Source of the DNA: an uncultured Acidobacteriota bacterium
Lineage (GTDB): Bacteria > Acidobacteriota > Polarisedimenticolia > Polarisedimenticolales > DASRJG01
Assembly: GCA_964383585.1 (NCBI GenBank)
Contig: CAYLHQ010000001.1
Span: forward strand, 69,530-133,529
Direction of reading: 5' to 3'
Length of the DNA: 64,000 nucleotides
Of this stretch, positions 1 through 10,051 are shown piece after piece. The notes beneath the pieces were generated by a model, which was given only the letters and a program-made list of their open reading frames with translations, was not told the origin of the DNA and ran no database searches. Made by a program: the position numbers and the translations under genes. The number at the start of each line of letters is the position of its first letter. Positions within the stretch are counted from its first letter, which is position 1.

Positions 1-1316
1 TCCGTCGCCCCGCGTAGGAGGTGTTCGTTCAGGAGCGCCTCGTTGAACGTGGAGGCGACCTCGGCGACGAAGATCGCGTAGTCCGAGGAGGGATACGGTT
101 GCCGCGCGTTCGAGTAAAACGAGTGCATCGCGTGGCCGGCCTCGTGGGCGAGGGTCGAGACGGCGTCGTAATCGCCGCTGAAGTTCAGGAGCATGTACGG
201 GTGCACGTCGTAGGCGGCCCCGGTGGCGTAGGCTCCGGATCGCTTTCCCGGGGTCGGATGCCAGTCGATCCATCGCTCGCGGAATGCCCGCGAGAGGTCG
301 GCGACGTAGCCGGGGGAAAGGGGGGCCATCGAGTCGAGGATCGCCTGTGACGCTTCCGCGACGGAGTATCTCCGGTTCGATCCCTCGACGATCGGACAGT
401 GGAGGTCGTGGTAACGGAGGGGTTCCACGCCGAGCGCCGACGCACGGAGGCGAAAGTAGCGGTGAAGGAGGGGGAGGTTCGCGCGTACCTGGTCGATCAG
501 GTTTCGGTAGACCGTCGCGGGGACGTTGTCGGGGGCGAGCGCCGCCTCGAGCGCCGAAGGATACCGGCGCACACGCGCGTGGAAAACGTGCGTCTTCAGA
601 CCTTGGAACAGGTTAGCCGCGAGGGTCTCCCGGTACGGTTCGTACGCGCGGAAGAAATCGGGGAAGATCCGTTCCCGAAAGGGACGGTCGCCCGAGACCC
701 GGAGCCTCCCGAACTCGGCGGGGGTCAAGGTCGCCTTCCCACCGTCGGGGAGATCGACCTCGGGCCGCGGCATCTCCGCGTTGTGGAAGATGCCGAAGAG
801 GTGCGACGGACCCCCCGACAGGAGCGAGGTCTCGGCGATGATCCGTTCTTCCGCCGGTTCGAGCACGTGCGCTCGCAGACGCATGAGGTCGCGTAGGAAC
901 TGGGCGTAAGGGGCGAGGCCCGGCTCCGTCCGGAGATACTCCAGGATCCGGTCGTCGGACAGGGCGAGGATCTCGGGGCGGAGCCACGAGATCCGGCGCC
1001 CGAACTCGGTTCCGATCAGCTCGACCTCCTGCCGGAGACGCTGTCTCCCCGCGATCCGGGTGTCCTGGTCCGACCGCATCTGCGCCCAAGCGTGGAGGCG
1101 TGCGAGCGATTTTTTCTGCTCCCAAACGGCGTCGAGAGCCGCGAGGCAGGCGGCGGGCCCCTGCGCGAGGGTCCCGCGATGGGATTCGAGGGTCCCGAGG
1201 CTGTCGCGAAGACGATCCCGTTCGGCGGCGAAGGCTTGTTCGTCGGGGAAGATCGGGGTCAGGTCCCAGATTTCGGCCTCGTCGCGGCCGATCGCGCTCC
1301 CCGGTGTGGTTGCCAT
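1..1316 (-). CDS. pepF: Oligoendopeptidase F (M3B metallopeptidase), C-terminus runs off the window
   Basis: Reverse translation from the ATG at 1316-1314 gives MATTPGSAIGRDEAEIWDLTPIFPDEQAF... The HEAGHAMH zinc motif lies at nt 123-146 (minus strand). The ORF is open to nt 1 and is missing from the ORF track because it is truncated. Confidence 0.8.
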   Translation of the reverse strand, partial: MATTPGSAIGRDEAEIWDLTPIFPDEQAFAAERDRLRDSLGTLESHRGTLAQGPAACLAALDAVWEQKKSLARLHAWAQMRSDQDTRIAGRQRLRQEVELIGTEFGRRISWLRPEILALSDDRILEYLRTEPGLAPYAQFLRDLMRLRAHVLEPAEERIIAETSLLSGGPSHLFGIFHNAEMPRPEVDLPDGGKATLTPAEFGRLRVSGDRPFRERIFPDFFRAYEPYRETLAANLFQGLKTHVFHARVRRYPSALEAALAPDNVPATVYRNLIDQVRANLPLLHRYFRLRASALGVEPLRYHDLHCPIVEGSNRRYSVAEASQAILDSMAPLSPGYVADLSRAFRERWIDWHPTPGKRSGAYATGAAYDVHPYMLLNFSGDYDAVSTLAHEAGHAMHSFYSNARQPYPSSDYAIFVAEVASTFNEALLNEHLLRGAT

Positions 1317-1327
1317 CGCTTGCCCCC

Positions 1328-1414
1328 TGGTGCCGGAGGTGGGGGTCGAACCCACACGAGACTGGGTCTCGGGGGATTTTGAGTCCCCTGCGTCTGCCAT
1401 TCCGCCACTCCGGC
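1328..1414 (-). tRNA. tRNA-Leu (anticodon CAA), 87 nt with encoded CCA
   Basis: The minus strand reads GCCGGAGTGGCGGAATGGCAGACGCAGGGGACTCAAAATCCCCCGAGACCCAGTCTCGTGTGGGTTCGACCCCCACCTCCGGCACCA. It has a 7-bp acceptor stem, anticodon loop CTCAAAA, a long variable arm (CGAGAC/GTCTCG) and a GTGGG-TTCGACC-CCCAC T-arm. Confidence 0.9.
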
Positions 1415-1474
1415 CGGAACGGGCGAGAGTAGCGAGGGCCCGGCCGGAGTGTCAAGGCAGTGTCCCCCGAGGAG

Positions 1475-1503
1475 TTGAAAATTGCGCCCAATTTTGCTAA
1501 CGT
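1475..1503 (+). promoter_or_regulatory. Candidate sigma70 promoter for carD (TTGAAA-17-TAACGT)
   Basis: An AT-rich island sits in a 70% GC background: TTGAAA at 1475-1480, a 17-nt spacer, then TAACGT at 1498-1503. Confidence 0.3.
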
Positions 1504-1552
1504 ACCGAGGGCCTGCAGCGCGGAACCAGCGCGTGGCGCCAGGGAGGATTCC

Positions 1553-2068
1553 TTGGATTTCAAGGTCGGAGACAAGGTCGTCTATCCGAACCACGGCGTC
1601 GGGGTCATCGAGCAGGTCGCCACCAAGGCGATCGGCGGAACCGAGTCCTCGTTCTACTGCCTCCGGATCCTCTCCACCGACAGCACCGTCATGGTCCCCG
1701 TGGGGAACACCTCCGCGGTGGGCTTGCGTAAGGTGTTGACGCGAAGGGAGATCAATCGGGTTCTCGAGGTCCTGAAAAACGGGGACGTCGCAACCTACGA
1801 CGACTGGAAGGGCCGTTTCCAGGCGAACTCGGAGAAGATGCGCACGGGGGATATCCGGGCCGTCGCCGAGGTCCTGAAGAGCTTGACCGTGCTCAGCGAG
1901 ATCAAGCCCTTGTCGTACCGGGAGCGCAAGATGCTCGACCGAGCGCGGTTCCTCCTCATCTCGGAGGTCGCCGAAGCCTCGAACAAGGCTCCGGATAAGG
2001 TCGAGTCCGAGATCGACACAGCCCTGACCGAGTCGATGAAGGGCATCAAGGTCAAGACCGAGCACTGA
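1553..2068 (+). CDS. carD: CarD/CdnL family RNA-polymerase-binding transcription regulator
   Basis: ORF 1460..2068. The conserved N-terminus FKVGDKVVYPNHGVGVIE matches the CarD/TRCF RNAP-interaction domain. The likely start is TTG at 1553, preceded by GGAGGA at 1544-1549. The longest ORF start (GTG 1460) is the alternative. Confidence 0.8.
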   Translation: MDFKVGDKVVYPNHGVGVIEQVATKAIGGTESSFYCLRILSTDSTVMVPVGNTSAVGLRKVLTRREINRVLEVLKNGDVATYDDWKGRFQANSEKMRTGDIRAVAEVLKSLTVLSEIKPLSYRERKMLDRARFLLISEVAEASNKAPDKVESEIDTALTESMKGIKVKTEH

Positions 2069-2093
2069 GCCGGGCGGGGCGCCCCGAGCCGCG

Positions 2094-3821
2094 GTGGAAC
2101 TCCTGGTCATCCCGAGGGTGGCGCGGGCGCTCGACGAAGGGCTCGCGGGCGCGATTGTGCGGTCGTTCCGCCAGGAGTCGGACCATCGTTACCGGCTGGT
2201 CGTCGAGGCGACCGCCGGATCCCGATCTCTCGTCGTCTCCCTCGCGCCGGATTCGCCGTGGGTGGCCCGGCCGGCCGGCGCCTGGCCAGGGCCGCACTGG
2301 AGCCCCGGCCCGCTCGCGTCGGCGGTCGCCCCCGTCCTCGCGGGGGAACTCGTCGATGGGATCGACGCACCGTTCGATGACCGGATTCTGCGCATCCGAT
2401 TCCGGGACGGGAGCGCGCTCGTCGCCGAACTTGCCCGGCATCGGGCCTCGCTCGCGTGGGTCGACCGGGACGGAGTCGTCGCTCGGGCGCACGCGAGTCC
2501 TCGGACCCTTGCGGAGCGGCTCCACCCAGGGGAGACCTACCGGCCGCCCGAACCTCCCCGAGGGCGTCTCCATCCCCTGAGGTCGAGGCCGGAACGGATC
2601 GACGAGGCGGTTGAACGGGGGTGCCGGAAGGGACTCCCCGTGCCCGAGGCGATCCGCCGGGCGGTCTTCGGGGTGGGTCCCGACCTCGCTCGTTTCCTCG
2701 CGGCCGAGGCCGAGGCGGGCCGGGGAACGGTCGGGCGGGTGCTCGCCGCGCGCGCCCGAGAGATCCTCGAGGGCGGGGTCGAACCGGTCGTCGTCGGGCC
2801 GGAGGATCTCCGCACCGCGCTCGACGAGGGGCGGTTCGACCCCTCCGCCTTCCATCTGCTTCCGTGGGATCCCGGGGAGGCGATCGCTCCGGGAGTCCGC
2901 TTCCGAAGGGAGGACGCCGCCGCGACCGCGGGAGCATGGCACGAGGCGGTCGACCGGTCGGCGCTCGCGCGGTTGCGTCACGACGGTCTTCGAGCGATCC
3001 TGCGAAGAGAACTCGACCGGGTGATCGAAGCGGAGAGGCGGGCCGATTCGGACGCCCGCCGGTTCGACGATCCGGCCCTCCACCGGAAGAGGGGGGAGGC
3101 GCTTCTCGCCGGACTTTCCAACGTTCGGCGCGAGGGAGACCACTTCGTCGTCCCTGACCCCCAAAACCCGGAAGGGGCGCCCGTGCGCATCCCCGCGCTC
3201 GCCGGAAGGCCCCCCCATGAGGCGGCGGCCGAGGAGTTCCGGAAGGCGAAACGCGCCGAGCGCGGGATCGAGGCCGCTCGTTCCCGCGCAGAGGCGCTCG
3301 CGCGCCGCCGTGCCCGGCTCGAAGCGCTCGATCCCGACAATCCTGACGCCCTCCTTCGCGCGATGCTCCTCCTGGGGATCCCCGTCGATCTGGGGGCCGC
3401 CTCGGCACAGCAACGGCGCGCCGCTCGGGTCTCCCCTCCGCGTCTGGAAGGGGTGCGGATGCGGACGAGCCGGGACGGCTACGCGATCCTCGTCGGGAAG
3501 TCGGGGAAAGAGAACGATCGCCTGACCTTCAAGATCGCCTCGCCCGACGACTTCTGGCTCCATGCGAAGGGGGTTCCCGGCGCCCACGTCGTGATCCGGA
3601 ACCCCGACCGGCGGACCGCGCCCCCGAAGGCAACCCTCGAAGAGGCCGCGGCGCTCGCGGCGTGGTACAGCGACGCCCGCCACGAATCCTCGGTCGACGT
3701 CCAGTGGACGCGGCGGAAGTTCGTACGCCGCGCGCGCGGGGCGCCCGGCGGGACGGTGCTCATCAAACGATTCGAAACGCTCCGCGTCCGGCCGGCGGCG
3801 CCGGAGGAGGGGGACCTGTGA
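2094..3821 (+). CDS. rqcH: NFACT/FbpA-family protein (RqcH-like ribosome quality control factor) with C-terminal DUF814
   Basis: 575 aa. The N-terminal NFACT-N-like region contains FDDRILRIRF. The central region is a charged coiled coil. The C-terminus GYAILVGKSGKENDRLTFKIASPDDFWLHAKGVPGAHVVI is typical of DUF814/NFACT-R. Confidence 0.7.
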   Translation: MELLVIPRVARALDEGLAGAIVRSFRQESDHRYRLVVEATAGSRSLVVSLAPDSPWVARPAGAWPGPHWSPGPLASAVAPVLAGELVDGIDAPFDDRILRIRFRDGSALVAELARHRASLAWVDRDGVVARAHASPRTLAERLHPGETYRPPEPPRGRLHPLRSRPERIDEAVERGCRKGLPVPEAIRRAVFGVGPDLARFLAAEAEAGRGTVGRVLAARAREILEGGVEPVVVGPEDLRTALDEGRFDPSAFHLLPWDPGEAIAPGVRFRREDAAATAGAWHEAVDRSALARLRHDGLRAILRRELDRVIEAERRADSDARRFDDPALHRKRGEALLAGLSNVRREGDHFVVPDPQNPEGAPVRIPALAGRPPHEAAAEEFRKAKRAERGIEAARSRAEALARRRARLEALDPDNPDALLRAMLLLGIPVDLGAASAQQRRAARVSPPRLEGVRMRTSRDGYAILVGKSGKENDRLTFKIASPDDFWLHAKGVPGAHVVIRNPDRRTAPPKATLEEAAALAAWYSDARHESSVDVQWTRRKFVRRARGAPGGTVLIKRFETLRVRPAAPEEGDL

Positions 3822-4477
3822 ACGGGGATCTTGCCGCGCGGATCGACCACGCGACCCTCGATCCGAAAGCGACTGCAAGGCAGATCGTCGAGGATGCGCG
3901 CGCCTGTGCCCGTCTCCGCGTTCGCGGGTTTTGCGTGGCCCCGCGCCATGTTTCTGTCGCGGTCGATGCGCTCGGCGACGCGGACGTGATCCTGGTCTCG
4001 GTCGCGGGCTTTCCGGCGGCTTCGTCCCGGGACGACATCGTCCTTCGCGAAATTGCCGCCGCCGTGCAGGACGGGGCGGCCGAGATCGACTGGGTCCTCC
4101 CGCTCGGCCCCGTCCTCGAGGGAAGGTTCGTCGAAGCGCGCGCCTGCGCCCGGGCCGTCGTCGCCGAGGCATCGGGAAGGCCGGTCAAGGGGATCGTCGA
4201 GTCGGCGTTCCTCGACGATGACGACGTCGACCGGGTCGTCGAGGAGGTGCTGATCCCCGCGGGTGTCGCGTTTCTGAAGACGGGAACGGGCGTCTACGGG
4301 CCGGGGGTCGCGCTCCCCCCTCCGCGCGTCGCGCGATTCGCCGCGCGCCTCGCGGGGCGCGCCCGTCTCAAGGTGTCGGGGGCGATCCGTGACGCCCAGA
4401 CGGCGCGGTCGATCCTCGCCGCGGGAGCCGATCTTCTCGGCACGAGCCGCACCTTCGCGCTCGTCGACGGCGGTTGA
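3818..4477 (+). CDS. deoC: Deoxyribose-phosphate aldolase
   Basis: A GTG start overlaps the upstream stop (GTGA). Motifs IDHATLDP, VAGFP and FLKTGTG (Schiff-base Lys region) are present. Confidence 0.8.
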   Translation: MNGDLAARIDHATLDPKATARQIVEDARACARLRVRGFCVAPRHVSVAVDALGDADVILVSVAGFPAASSRDDIVLREIAAAVQDGAAEIDWVLPLGPVLEGRFVEARACARAVVAEASGRPVKGIVESAFLDDDDVDRVVEEVLIPAGVAFLKTGTGVYGPGVALPPPRVARFAARLAGRARLKVSGAIRDAQTARSILAAGADLLGTSRTFALVDGG

Positions 4478-4511
4478 CCGCCTCCGCGCGACTGACCTAG
4501 ATTGCGCGGCG

Positions 4512-5543
4512 ATGAAGCAGGCGGCGAAGTTCGCAGCGGGGGGGCTTCTCGCGGTCGTCCTCCTTGCGTGGGTCCTCGAGGACGTCGAACGAGACGCCCT
4601 CTTCGGCGCGCTCGCGACGGCCTCCTTCGCCGGTGTCGTCCTCGGGGGGGCGCTCAATTTCGCGCACAACGTCCCGAGAGTGTGGCGGTGGAGACACCTG
4701 CTCGCTCCGGTTCGCGCGCCGATCCCTTTCCGGCCGATGTTCGCGGCGGTGATCCTGGGCTACATGACGACTTGGCTCGTGCCGGGCAGGGTGGGTGAGG
4801 TCGTGCGTCCCTTACTCCTCGCCGGGCGGGAGAAACTCCCCCTGGGGCCCTGCCTCGGCTCGGTCGTCGCCGACCGACTCCTCGACGGCGCGGCGATCGT
4901 CGTCCTCTTCGGAGCCTCCCTTCCGTTCGTGTCGTTCGAAGGGGCCGCGGCCGGACACGCCGATGCGATCCGCACGACCGCCATCGTCGCGGCGGCGGCA
5001 GCGCTCGCGCTCCTGGCCGGTCTCGTCGCCGCCTCCGCCGCCTCGGGGCCGGTTTCCCGGTGGCTCGAGCCGCGTCCGCGGGCGGTCCGCTGGATCGGAA
5101 ACGCCGCGCTCGCGGTCGCGAAGGGGTCGGAGGCGCTCCGCCGCCCGGGCCTTCTCCTCCCGGTTCTCGCGCACAGTCTCCTAGCATGGATCTTCATCGG
5201 AGCCGGGACCTGGATCGCGATCCGCGCCTCCGGCGCCTCCGTGAGCTTCCCGTCGGTCTTCGTGATGATGCCGCTCCTCGCCCTCGGGGTCGCCGTGCCG
5301 ACCCCCGGCGGAACGGGGGGCTACCACGCGGCGATGGCGTGGGGGCTCGAGAAGCTCTTCGGAGTGCCGCTCGAGGTGGCGGTCGGCGCGGGAATCCTCA
5401 TGCACCTCGCGATCGTGATGCCGGTGCTCGCGGTGGGGCCGGTGCTCCTTCGGACGGAAAAGGTCTCCTGGCACGACCTCGTCGCCGCGGCGCGGCAGGT
5501 GCGCGGGCTCGGGACCCCCGCCGGCGCGGAGGGGACATCGTGA
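4512..5543 (+). CDS. Flippase-like / LPG-synthase-TM (UPF0104) family integral membrane protein
   Basis: ATG at 4512 ([13 protein letters not shown]...). Multi-pass membrane protein with the WRWRHLL...[13 protein letters not shown] pattern seen in the lysylphosphatidylglycerol synthase TM-region family. Confidence 0.55.
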   Translation: MKQAAKFAAGGLLAVVLLAWVLEDVERDALFGALATASFAGVVLGGALNFAHNVPRVWRWRHLLAPVRAPIPFRPMFAAVILGYMTTWLVPGRVGEVVRPLLLAGREKLPLGPCLGSVVADRLLDGAAIVVLFGASLPFVSFEGAAAGHADAIRTTAIVAAAAALALLAGLVAASAASGPVSRWLEPRPRAVRWIGNAALAVAKGSEALRRPGLLLPVLAHSLLAWIFIGAGTWIAIRASGASVSFPSVFVMMPLLALGVAVPTPGGTGGYHAAMAWGLEKLFGVPLEVAVGAGILMHLAIVMPVLAVGPVLLRTEKVSWHDLVAAARQVRGLGTPAGAEGTS

Positions 5544-5998
5544 GGTGCCCCTTCTGCGGCCATCTGCGGGACAAGGTGGTCGACTCGCGCGAGACGGGGG
5601 CCGGGGACGCGATCCGCCGGCGCCGCGAGTGCATCGAGTGCGGGCGGCGATTCACGTCGTACGAGCGCGTCGAGGAGATCCCGTACTTCGTCGTGAAGAA
5701 GGACGGTCGGCGCGAGCCGTTCGACCGGACGAAACTGCTTCAAGGACTCCACCGCGCGTGCGAGAAGCGACCGGTCCCCGCCAAGGCCCTCGAGACGATC
5801 GTCGAGGAAGTCGAGCAACTGGTTGCGGAGAGCGCCGATCGCGAGATCGAGGCGCGCGCCATCGGGGAGAAGGTCATGGAGCGCCTCCGCGAGCTGGACA
5901 AGGTCGCCTACGTCCGGTTCGCGTCGGTCTATCGGCAGTTCGAGGACGTCCAGGAGTTCATGTCGGAGCTTCGGGACCTTCTCGAGACGCGCAAGTAG
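5540..5998 (+). CDS. nrdR: Transcriptional repressor NrdR (zinc ribbon plus ATP-cone)
   Basis: GTG start overlapping the upstream stop. MRCPFCGH...VVDSR...[17 protein letters not shown], followed by an ATP-cone region. Confidence 0.9.
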   Translation: MRCPFCGHLRDKVVDSRETGAGDAIRRRRECIECGRRFTSYERVEEIPYFVVKKDGRREPFDRTKLLQGLHRACEKRPVPAKALETIVEEVEQLVAESADREIEARAIGEKVMERLRELDKVAYVRFASVYRQFEDVQEFMSELRDLLETRK

Positions 5999-6006
5999 GG
6001 GGGGCC

Positions 6007-6450
6007 GTGTCGAAGAGCCTGGGACCGTTCCTCGAGGTCGCCCGCATCCAGAGCGAGATCAACCGCCTCTTCGACAACCTCCTCCACCTCGACGCTCCCG
6101 GCCGCGAGGCGGGCTCGTGGATCCCGAACGCGGACGTTCTGGAGACCGAGCACGACGTCGTCGTCAAAGTGGAACTGCCGGGTGTTTCCGCCGCCGACCT
6201 CGAGGTCTCCGTCCACGGAGGGAACGTGATCCTGCGCGGGGACAAGGCCCGCGCGGAGGTTCCGGACGAGGCGCGGTACCACCTCGCGGAGCGGGCGTTC
6301 GGACGGTTCCGGCGCGTGATCCCCCTCGGGGTCCCGGTGAACACCCATCGGGCGGAGGCGGTCTTCGCCGACGGCTGCCTCAAGATCCGTTTCCCGAAGG
6401 TCCCCAACCGACGGGGCGAGGAAGTGCGGATCGAGGTGAAGTCGTCGTGA
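6007..6450 (+). CDS. Hsp20/alpha-crystallin small heat shock protein
   Basis: WIPNADVLETEHDVVVKVELPGV...AERAFGRFRRVIPLPV...A.F.DGCLKIRFPK is the canonical alpha-crystallin domain pattern. GTG start at 6007. Confidence 0.85.
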   Translation: MSKSLGPFLEVARIQSEINRLFDNLLHLDAPGREAGSWIPNADVLETEHDVVVKVELPGVSAADLEVSVHGGNVILRGDKARAEVPDEARYHLAERAFGRFRRVIPLGVPVNTHRAEAVFADGCLKIRFPKVPNRRGEEVRIEVKSS

Positions 6451-8873
6451 GCCGCGCCCCGCGGGACCCCCAGCCGGACGAATCGCTCCGCATCCCGCCG
6501 GAGCTTCCGGTGTTGCCGCTCCGGGACATGGTCGTCTATCCGTTCATCATCGCGCCGCTGTCCGTCGCGCGGGAACTCTCCGTACGGGCCGTCGATCAGG
6601 CGCTCGCCGAACAGAGGATGATCCTGCTCGCGGCACAACGCGACAAGGACGTGGAGGACCCCTCGGGAGCCGACCTCTTCGACGTGGGCACCGTGGCGGT
6701 CGTGATGCGGATGCTCAAGCTCCCGGACGAGCGGATCCGCGTCTTGGTCCAGGGCGTGTGCCGCGCCCGGGTCCGGGAGATCGCCTCGCTCTCCCCGTAC
6801 ATGACGGCGCGGGTGCAGAAGCTCGAGGACATGCCGTACGACCCCGAGTCGATCGAGAAGGAAGCGCTCCTCCGCTCCGTGAAGCGGGCCCTCGAACGTG
6901 CCGCGGGGCTCGGGAAGAACCTCCCGTCGGAAGTCACCGTCATCGCGGGAAACCTCGAGGATCCGGGGCGGCTCGCCGATCTCGCGGCGTCGAACCTCGA
7001 GCTGCGCGTGGAGGAGGCGCAGCAGATCCTCGAGACGCTCGATCCCGTGGCGCGGCTCCGCCGGGTGAACGAGTTCCTGAACCGGGAGATGAGCCTGCTC
7101 TCCATGCAGCGCGAGATCGACTCGATGGCGAAGGACGAGATGGATCGCTCGCAGCGCGAGTTCTACCTCCGCCATCAGATGAAGGCGATCCTCGCGGAGC
7201 TCGGCGAGGGGAACGAGCTCGCGGAGGAGATCGAGCGGTACCGCGAGAAGGCCGCCGATCTGGGCCTCCCCGAGGCGGCGCAGGCGGAACTCGACCGGCA
7301 GCTCAAGCGGCTCGAGCGGATGCACCCCGACTCGGCCGAGACCGCCACGGTCCGCAACTACCTCGACTGGATCGTCGGCCTTCCCTGGGCGAAGCGCGTC
7401 AAGGACTCGCTCGACCTCGAAAAGGCGCGGCGCATCCTCGACGAGGATCACACCGGCCTCGAGCCGGTGAAGGACCGGATCCTCGAGTACCTCGCGGTCC
7501 GGAAACTCAGGAAGGCGAGCAAGGGGCCGATCCTCTGCTTCGTGGGGCCGCCGGGGGTCGGCAAGACCTCCCTCGGGCGCTCGATCGCCCGAGCCCTCGG
7601 ACGCCCCTTCGTCCGCCTGTCGCTCGGGGGGGTCAAGGACGAGGCCGAGATCCGCGGGCACCGGCGAACCTACGTCGGTGCGATGCCGGGCCGGATCATC
7701 CAGGGGATCCACCAGGCCGGCGCGTCGAACCCCGTCTTCATGCTCGACGAGGTCGACAAGATCGGGGCCGACGGCAGGGGAGACCCTTCCGCGGCGCTCC
7801 TCGAGGTGCTCGACCCGGAGCAGAACTCGACCTTCCGGGACCACTACCTCGGACTTTCGTACGACCTTTCCGACGTGATGTTCATCACGACGGCGAACCT
7901 CCTCGACCCGATCCAGCCCGCCTTCCGCGACCGGATGGAAGTCATCCGGCTCTCGGGGTACTCGGAGGAGGAAAAACTCGTCATCTGCACCAAGCACGTC
8001 CTGCCGAAGCAGATCGAGGAGAACGGCCTCGACCCCGCCCGGATCGAGTTTTCCCCGAACGCCCTCCGCGCGCTGATCTCCGGGTACACCCGGGAGGCGG
8101 GGCTCCGGAACCTCGAGCGCCGCGTGGCGTCGATTTGCAGGAAGGTGGCGCGGCAGGTCGCCGAGGGACGCAAAGGGAAGGCCCGCATCACCGCCTCGTC
8201 GCTCGAATCGTTTCTCGGACCCGCCCCCGCGACCCCGGAGGAGGCTCTTTCCGCCGACCAAGTCGGCGTGGCGACCGGCCTTGCCTGGACCGAGGCGGGA
8301 GGCGACGTCCTCTTCGTCGAGGCGACCACGATGCGGGGCAAGGGGAACCTGATCCTCACCGGCCAGCTCGGCGAGGTGATGCGGGAGTCGGCGCAGGCGG
8401 CGCTCTCCTACGCGCGCGCCCATGCCCTCGATCTCGGCATTCCGGAGGAGTACTTCGAGGGGCGGGACGTCCACGTGCACGTGCCGGAGGGGGCGATCCC
8501 GAAGGACGGGCCGTCGGCCGGGGTCACGATGGCGACCGCGATGATCTCGGCGTTCACCGAACGGCCGGTGCGCCACGGGGTGGCGATGACCGGCGAGATC
8601 ACCCTGCGCGGGAACGTCCTCCCCGTCGGGGGGATCAAGGAGAAGGTGCTCGCCGCGCGCCGCTCCGGGAACCGCGTCGTCGTTCTGCCGGAAGCGAACC
8701 GGAAGAACCTCGACGAGGTTCCCAAGCACCTTCGCCGCGATCTCGAATTCGTCTTCGCGAAGGACGTGCGCGAGGTGTTCGCCGTCGCGATCGTCGACGA
8801 GAGCGCCCCGCGTCCCGCGGAAGCCGCGGCGCGTTCCAAGGCGAAGCGACCGCCCGTCCCGACCGCACACTGA
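6447..8873 (+). CDS. lon: ATP-dependent Lon protease (LonA)
   Basis: LON N-domain ([14 protein letters not shown]), Walker [16 protein letters not shown], and the catalytic Ser region [12 protein letters not shown]. The GTG start overlaps the hsp20 stop. Confidence 0.95.
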   Translation: MSRAPRDPQPDESLRIPPELPVLPLRDMVVYPFIIAPLSVARELSVRAVDQALAEQRMILLAAQRDKDVEDPSGADLFDVGTVAVVMRMLKLPDERIRVLVQGVCRARVREIASLSPYMTARVQKLEDMPYDPESIEKEALLRSVKRALERAAGLGKNLPSEVTVIAGNLEDPGRLADLAASNLELRVEEAQQILETLDPVARLRRVNEFLNREMSLLSMQREIDSMAKDEMDRSQREFYLRHQMKAILAELGEGNELAEEIERYREKAADLGLPEAAQAELDRQLKRLERMHPDSAETATVRNYLDWIVGLPWAKRVKDSLDLEKARRILDEDHTGLEPVKDRILEYLAVRKLRKASKGPILCFVGPPGVGKTSLGRSIARALGRPFVRLSLGGVKDEAEIRGHRRTYVGAMPGRIIQGIHQAGASNPVFMLDEVDKIGADGRGDPSAALLEVLDPEQNSTFRDHYLGLSYDLSDVMFITTANLLDPIQPAFRDRMEVIRLSGYSEEEKLVICTKHVLPKQIEENGLDPARIEFSPNALRALISGYTREAGLRNLERRVASICRKVARQVAEGRKGKARITASSLESFLGPAPATPEEALSADQVGVATGLAWTEAGGDVLFVEATTMRGKGNLILTGQLGEVMRESAQAALSYARAHALDLGIPEEYFEGRDVHVHVPEGAIPKDGPSAGVTMATAMISAFTERPVRHGVAMTGEITLRGNVLPVGGIKEKVLAARRSGNRVVVLPEANRKNLDEVPKHLRRDLEFVFAKDVREVFAVAIVDESAPRPAEAAARSKAKRPPVPTAH

Positions 8874-8898
8874 CGAAGGACCGGACCGGCCGGCTTCC

Positions 8899-8928
8899 TT
8901 GACCCCCCCTCCCGCCCGCCCGTAGACT
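8899..8928 (+). promoter_or_regulatory. Candidate sigma70 promoter for the ECF-sigma/type IV filament operon (TTGACC-18-TAGACT)
   Basis: TTGACC at 8899-8904, an 18-nt GC-rich spacer, then TAGACT at 8923-8928. A small GCCGG-TTTT-CCGGC hairpin follows immediately. Confidence 0.3.
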
Positions 8929-8981
8929 GCCGGTTTTCCGGCCCGGACTAGACGCGGCACGGGGGGCCTTCGTACCTACCC

Positions 8982-9581
8982 ATGCACGATGACGGTGCGA
9001 TCGGGGACTGGATCCGGGCTGCCGCCGGGGGGGACCGCGAAGCCTTCGCGGAGTTGGTCCGGGCGAAGCGGGCGCAGGTCGTCCGCACCGCGTTCCAGAT
9101 CACCGGCGACAGGGAGGACGCGCAGGATGTCGCCCAGGCGGTCTTTCTCCGGCTCTGGAAGGTTCTCCGCCGGTACGACCCCGGCCGCCGCTTCGACACC
9201 TGGCTTTACAGGATCACCGTGAACGCCGCGATCGACCATCTCCGCGAGCGCGGGCCGAGAGGGATCCTGCAGCCTCTGCCCGACGATCCGGCCCTCCTCG
9301 GCCGGACCGAGGGGACCGGACCGGAGCGCTCCCTCGATCTCGAAGCGCTCGAGCGCGCGTTCCTCCGCCTCGCGGCGGCGCTCGCCCCCAAGCAGCGCGC
9401 CGTCTTCGTCCTCCGAGAGATCGAGGGGAGGGAGACGGCCGAGATCGCGGAGGCCCTCGGGGTGACGGAGTCGACCGTCCGGAACCATCTCCATCAGGCC
9501 CGTCGGATCCTCCGCGAGGGACTCGAACGCGACTACCCGGGACTGCTCCCGGGCGGTCGGAAGGAAAAGGGGCGGTCGTGA
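8982..9581 (+). CDS. ECF (group 4) RNA polymerase sigma factor
   Basis: Region 2 (DAQDVAQAVFLRLW...RFDTWLYRITVNAAIDHLR) and region 4 (LAPKQRAVFVLREIEGRETAEIAEALGVTESTVRNHLHQARR). Confidence 0.9.
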   Translation: MHDDGAIGDWIRAAAGGDREAFAELVRAKRAQVVRTAFQITGDREDAQDVAQAVFLRLWKVLRRYDPGRRFDTWLYRITVNAAIDHLRERGPRGILQPLPDDPALLGRTEGTGPERSLDLEALERAFLRLAAALAPKQRAVFVLREIEGRETAEIAEALGVTESTVRNHLHQARRILREGLERDYPGLLPGGRKEKGRS

Positions 9582-10051
9582 GCATCCACCCGGACATCCG
9601 CGCCGCGCGCTCCGCGTTCGCACGCCGCGAGTGCCTCCGCCACATGGCGACCTGCGCGGAGTGCCGCGCGTCCGCCGCCTCCGGCGATCCGTCGGCCTTG
9701 TTCGCCCTCCTCGTGCTCCGCGAACCGGACGACGAAGCGCTCGAGGAGGTCTCGCGATCGGTCGCGGCCCGGGTCGCCGTCGAGCGCCGCTCCGTCCTCG
9801 ACGCGTGGAGCGAGAGAGGATTGCCGCGGTTCCTTCCTGCGGCGATCGCCGCCTCCGCCGGGCTGGCCTTCCTCCTCGCGGGGCTCCTCGGCCCCGTTCC
9901 CCCGGGACCCCACGCACCGGAGTTCGCGAGCGCGGACGTGCGCCGCGCCGACGTCCGCCTGACCGAGACCGTCGGGCCGGCCCAAGTCGTCGACCTGACC
10001 GTCGGAAACACCCAGGTCGTGATGATCTTCGCCGCGGAGATCGACCTGTGA
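9578..10051 (+). CDS. Anti-sigma factor, zf-HC2 (ZAS-like), single-pass membrane protein
   Basis: The start overlaps the sigma gene stop (GTGA). H-x3-C-x2-C motif (HMATCAEC), one TM segment (FLPAAIAASAGLAFLLAGLL) and a predicted outside domain of about 50 aa. Confidence 0.65.
   Translation: MSIHPDIRAARSAFARRECLRHMATCAECRASAASGDPSALFALLVLREPDDEALEEVSRSVAARVAVERRSVLDAWSERGLPRFLPAAIAASAGLAFLLAGLLGPVPPGPHAPEFASADVRRADVRLTETVGPAQVVDLTVGNTQVVMIFAAEIDL

Noticed and set aside
1328-1414. tRNA-Leu as a possible integration site for a genomic island
   Set aside because: No integrase, excisionase or direct repeat of the tRNA 3' end is visible nearby. The flanking genes (pepF, carD) are housekeeping and have the same GC content.
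613-1575. 320-aa minus-strand ORF spanning the tRNA-Leu gene and part of pepF
   Set aside because: It crosses a well-folded tRNA and lies out of frame with pepF. The true pepF frame, with HEAGHAMH, starts at 1316.
5958-8960. 1000-aa minus-strand ORF covering the whole lon locus
   Set aside because: It lies antisense to a gene with clear Lon motifs. Its translation is R/G/P/E-rich low-complexity sequence with no recognisable motif. Long stop-free antisense frames are expected at 70% GC with G/C-ending codons.
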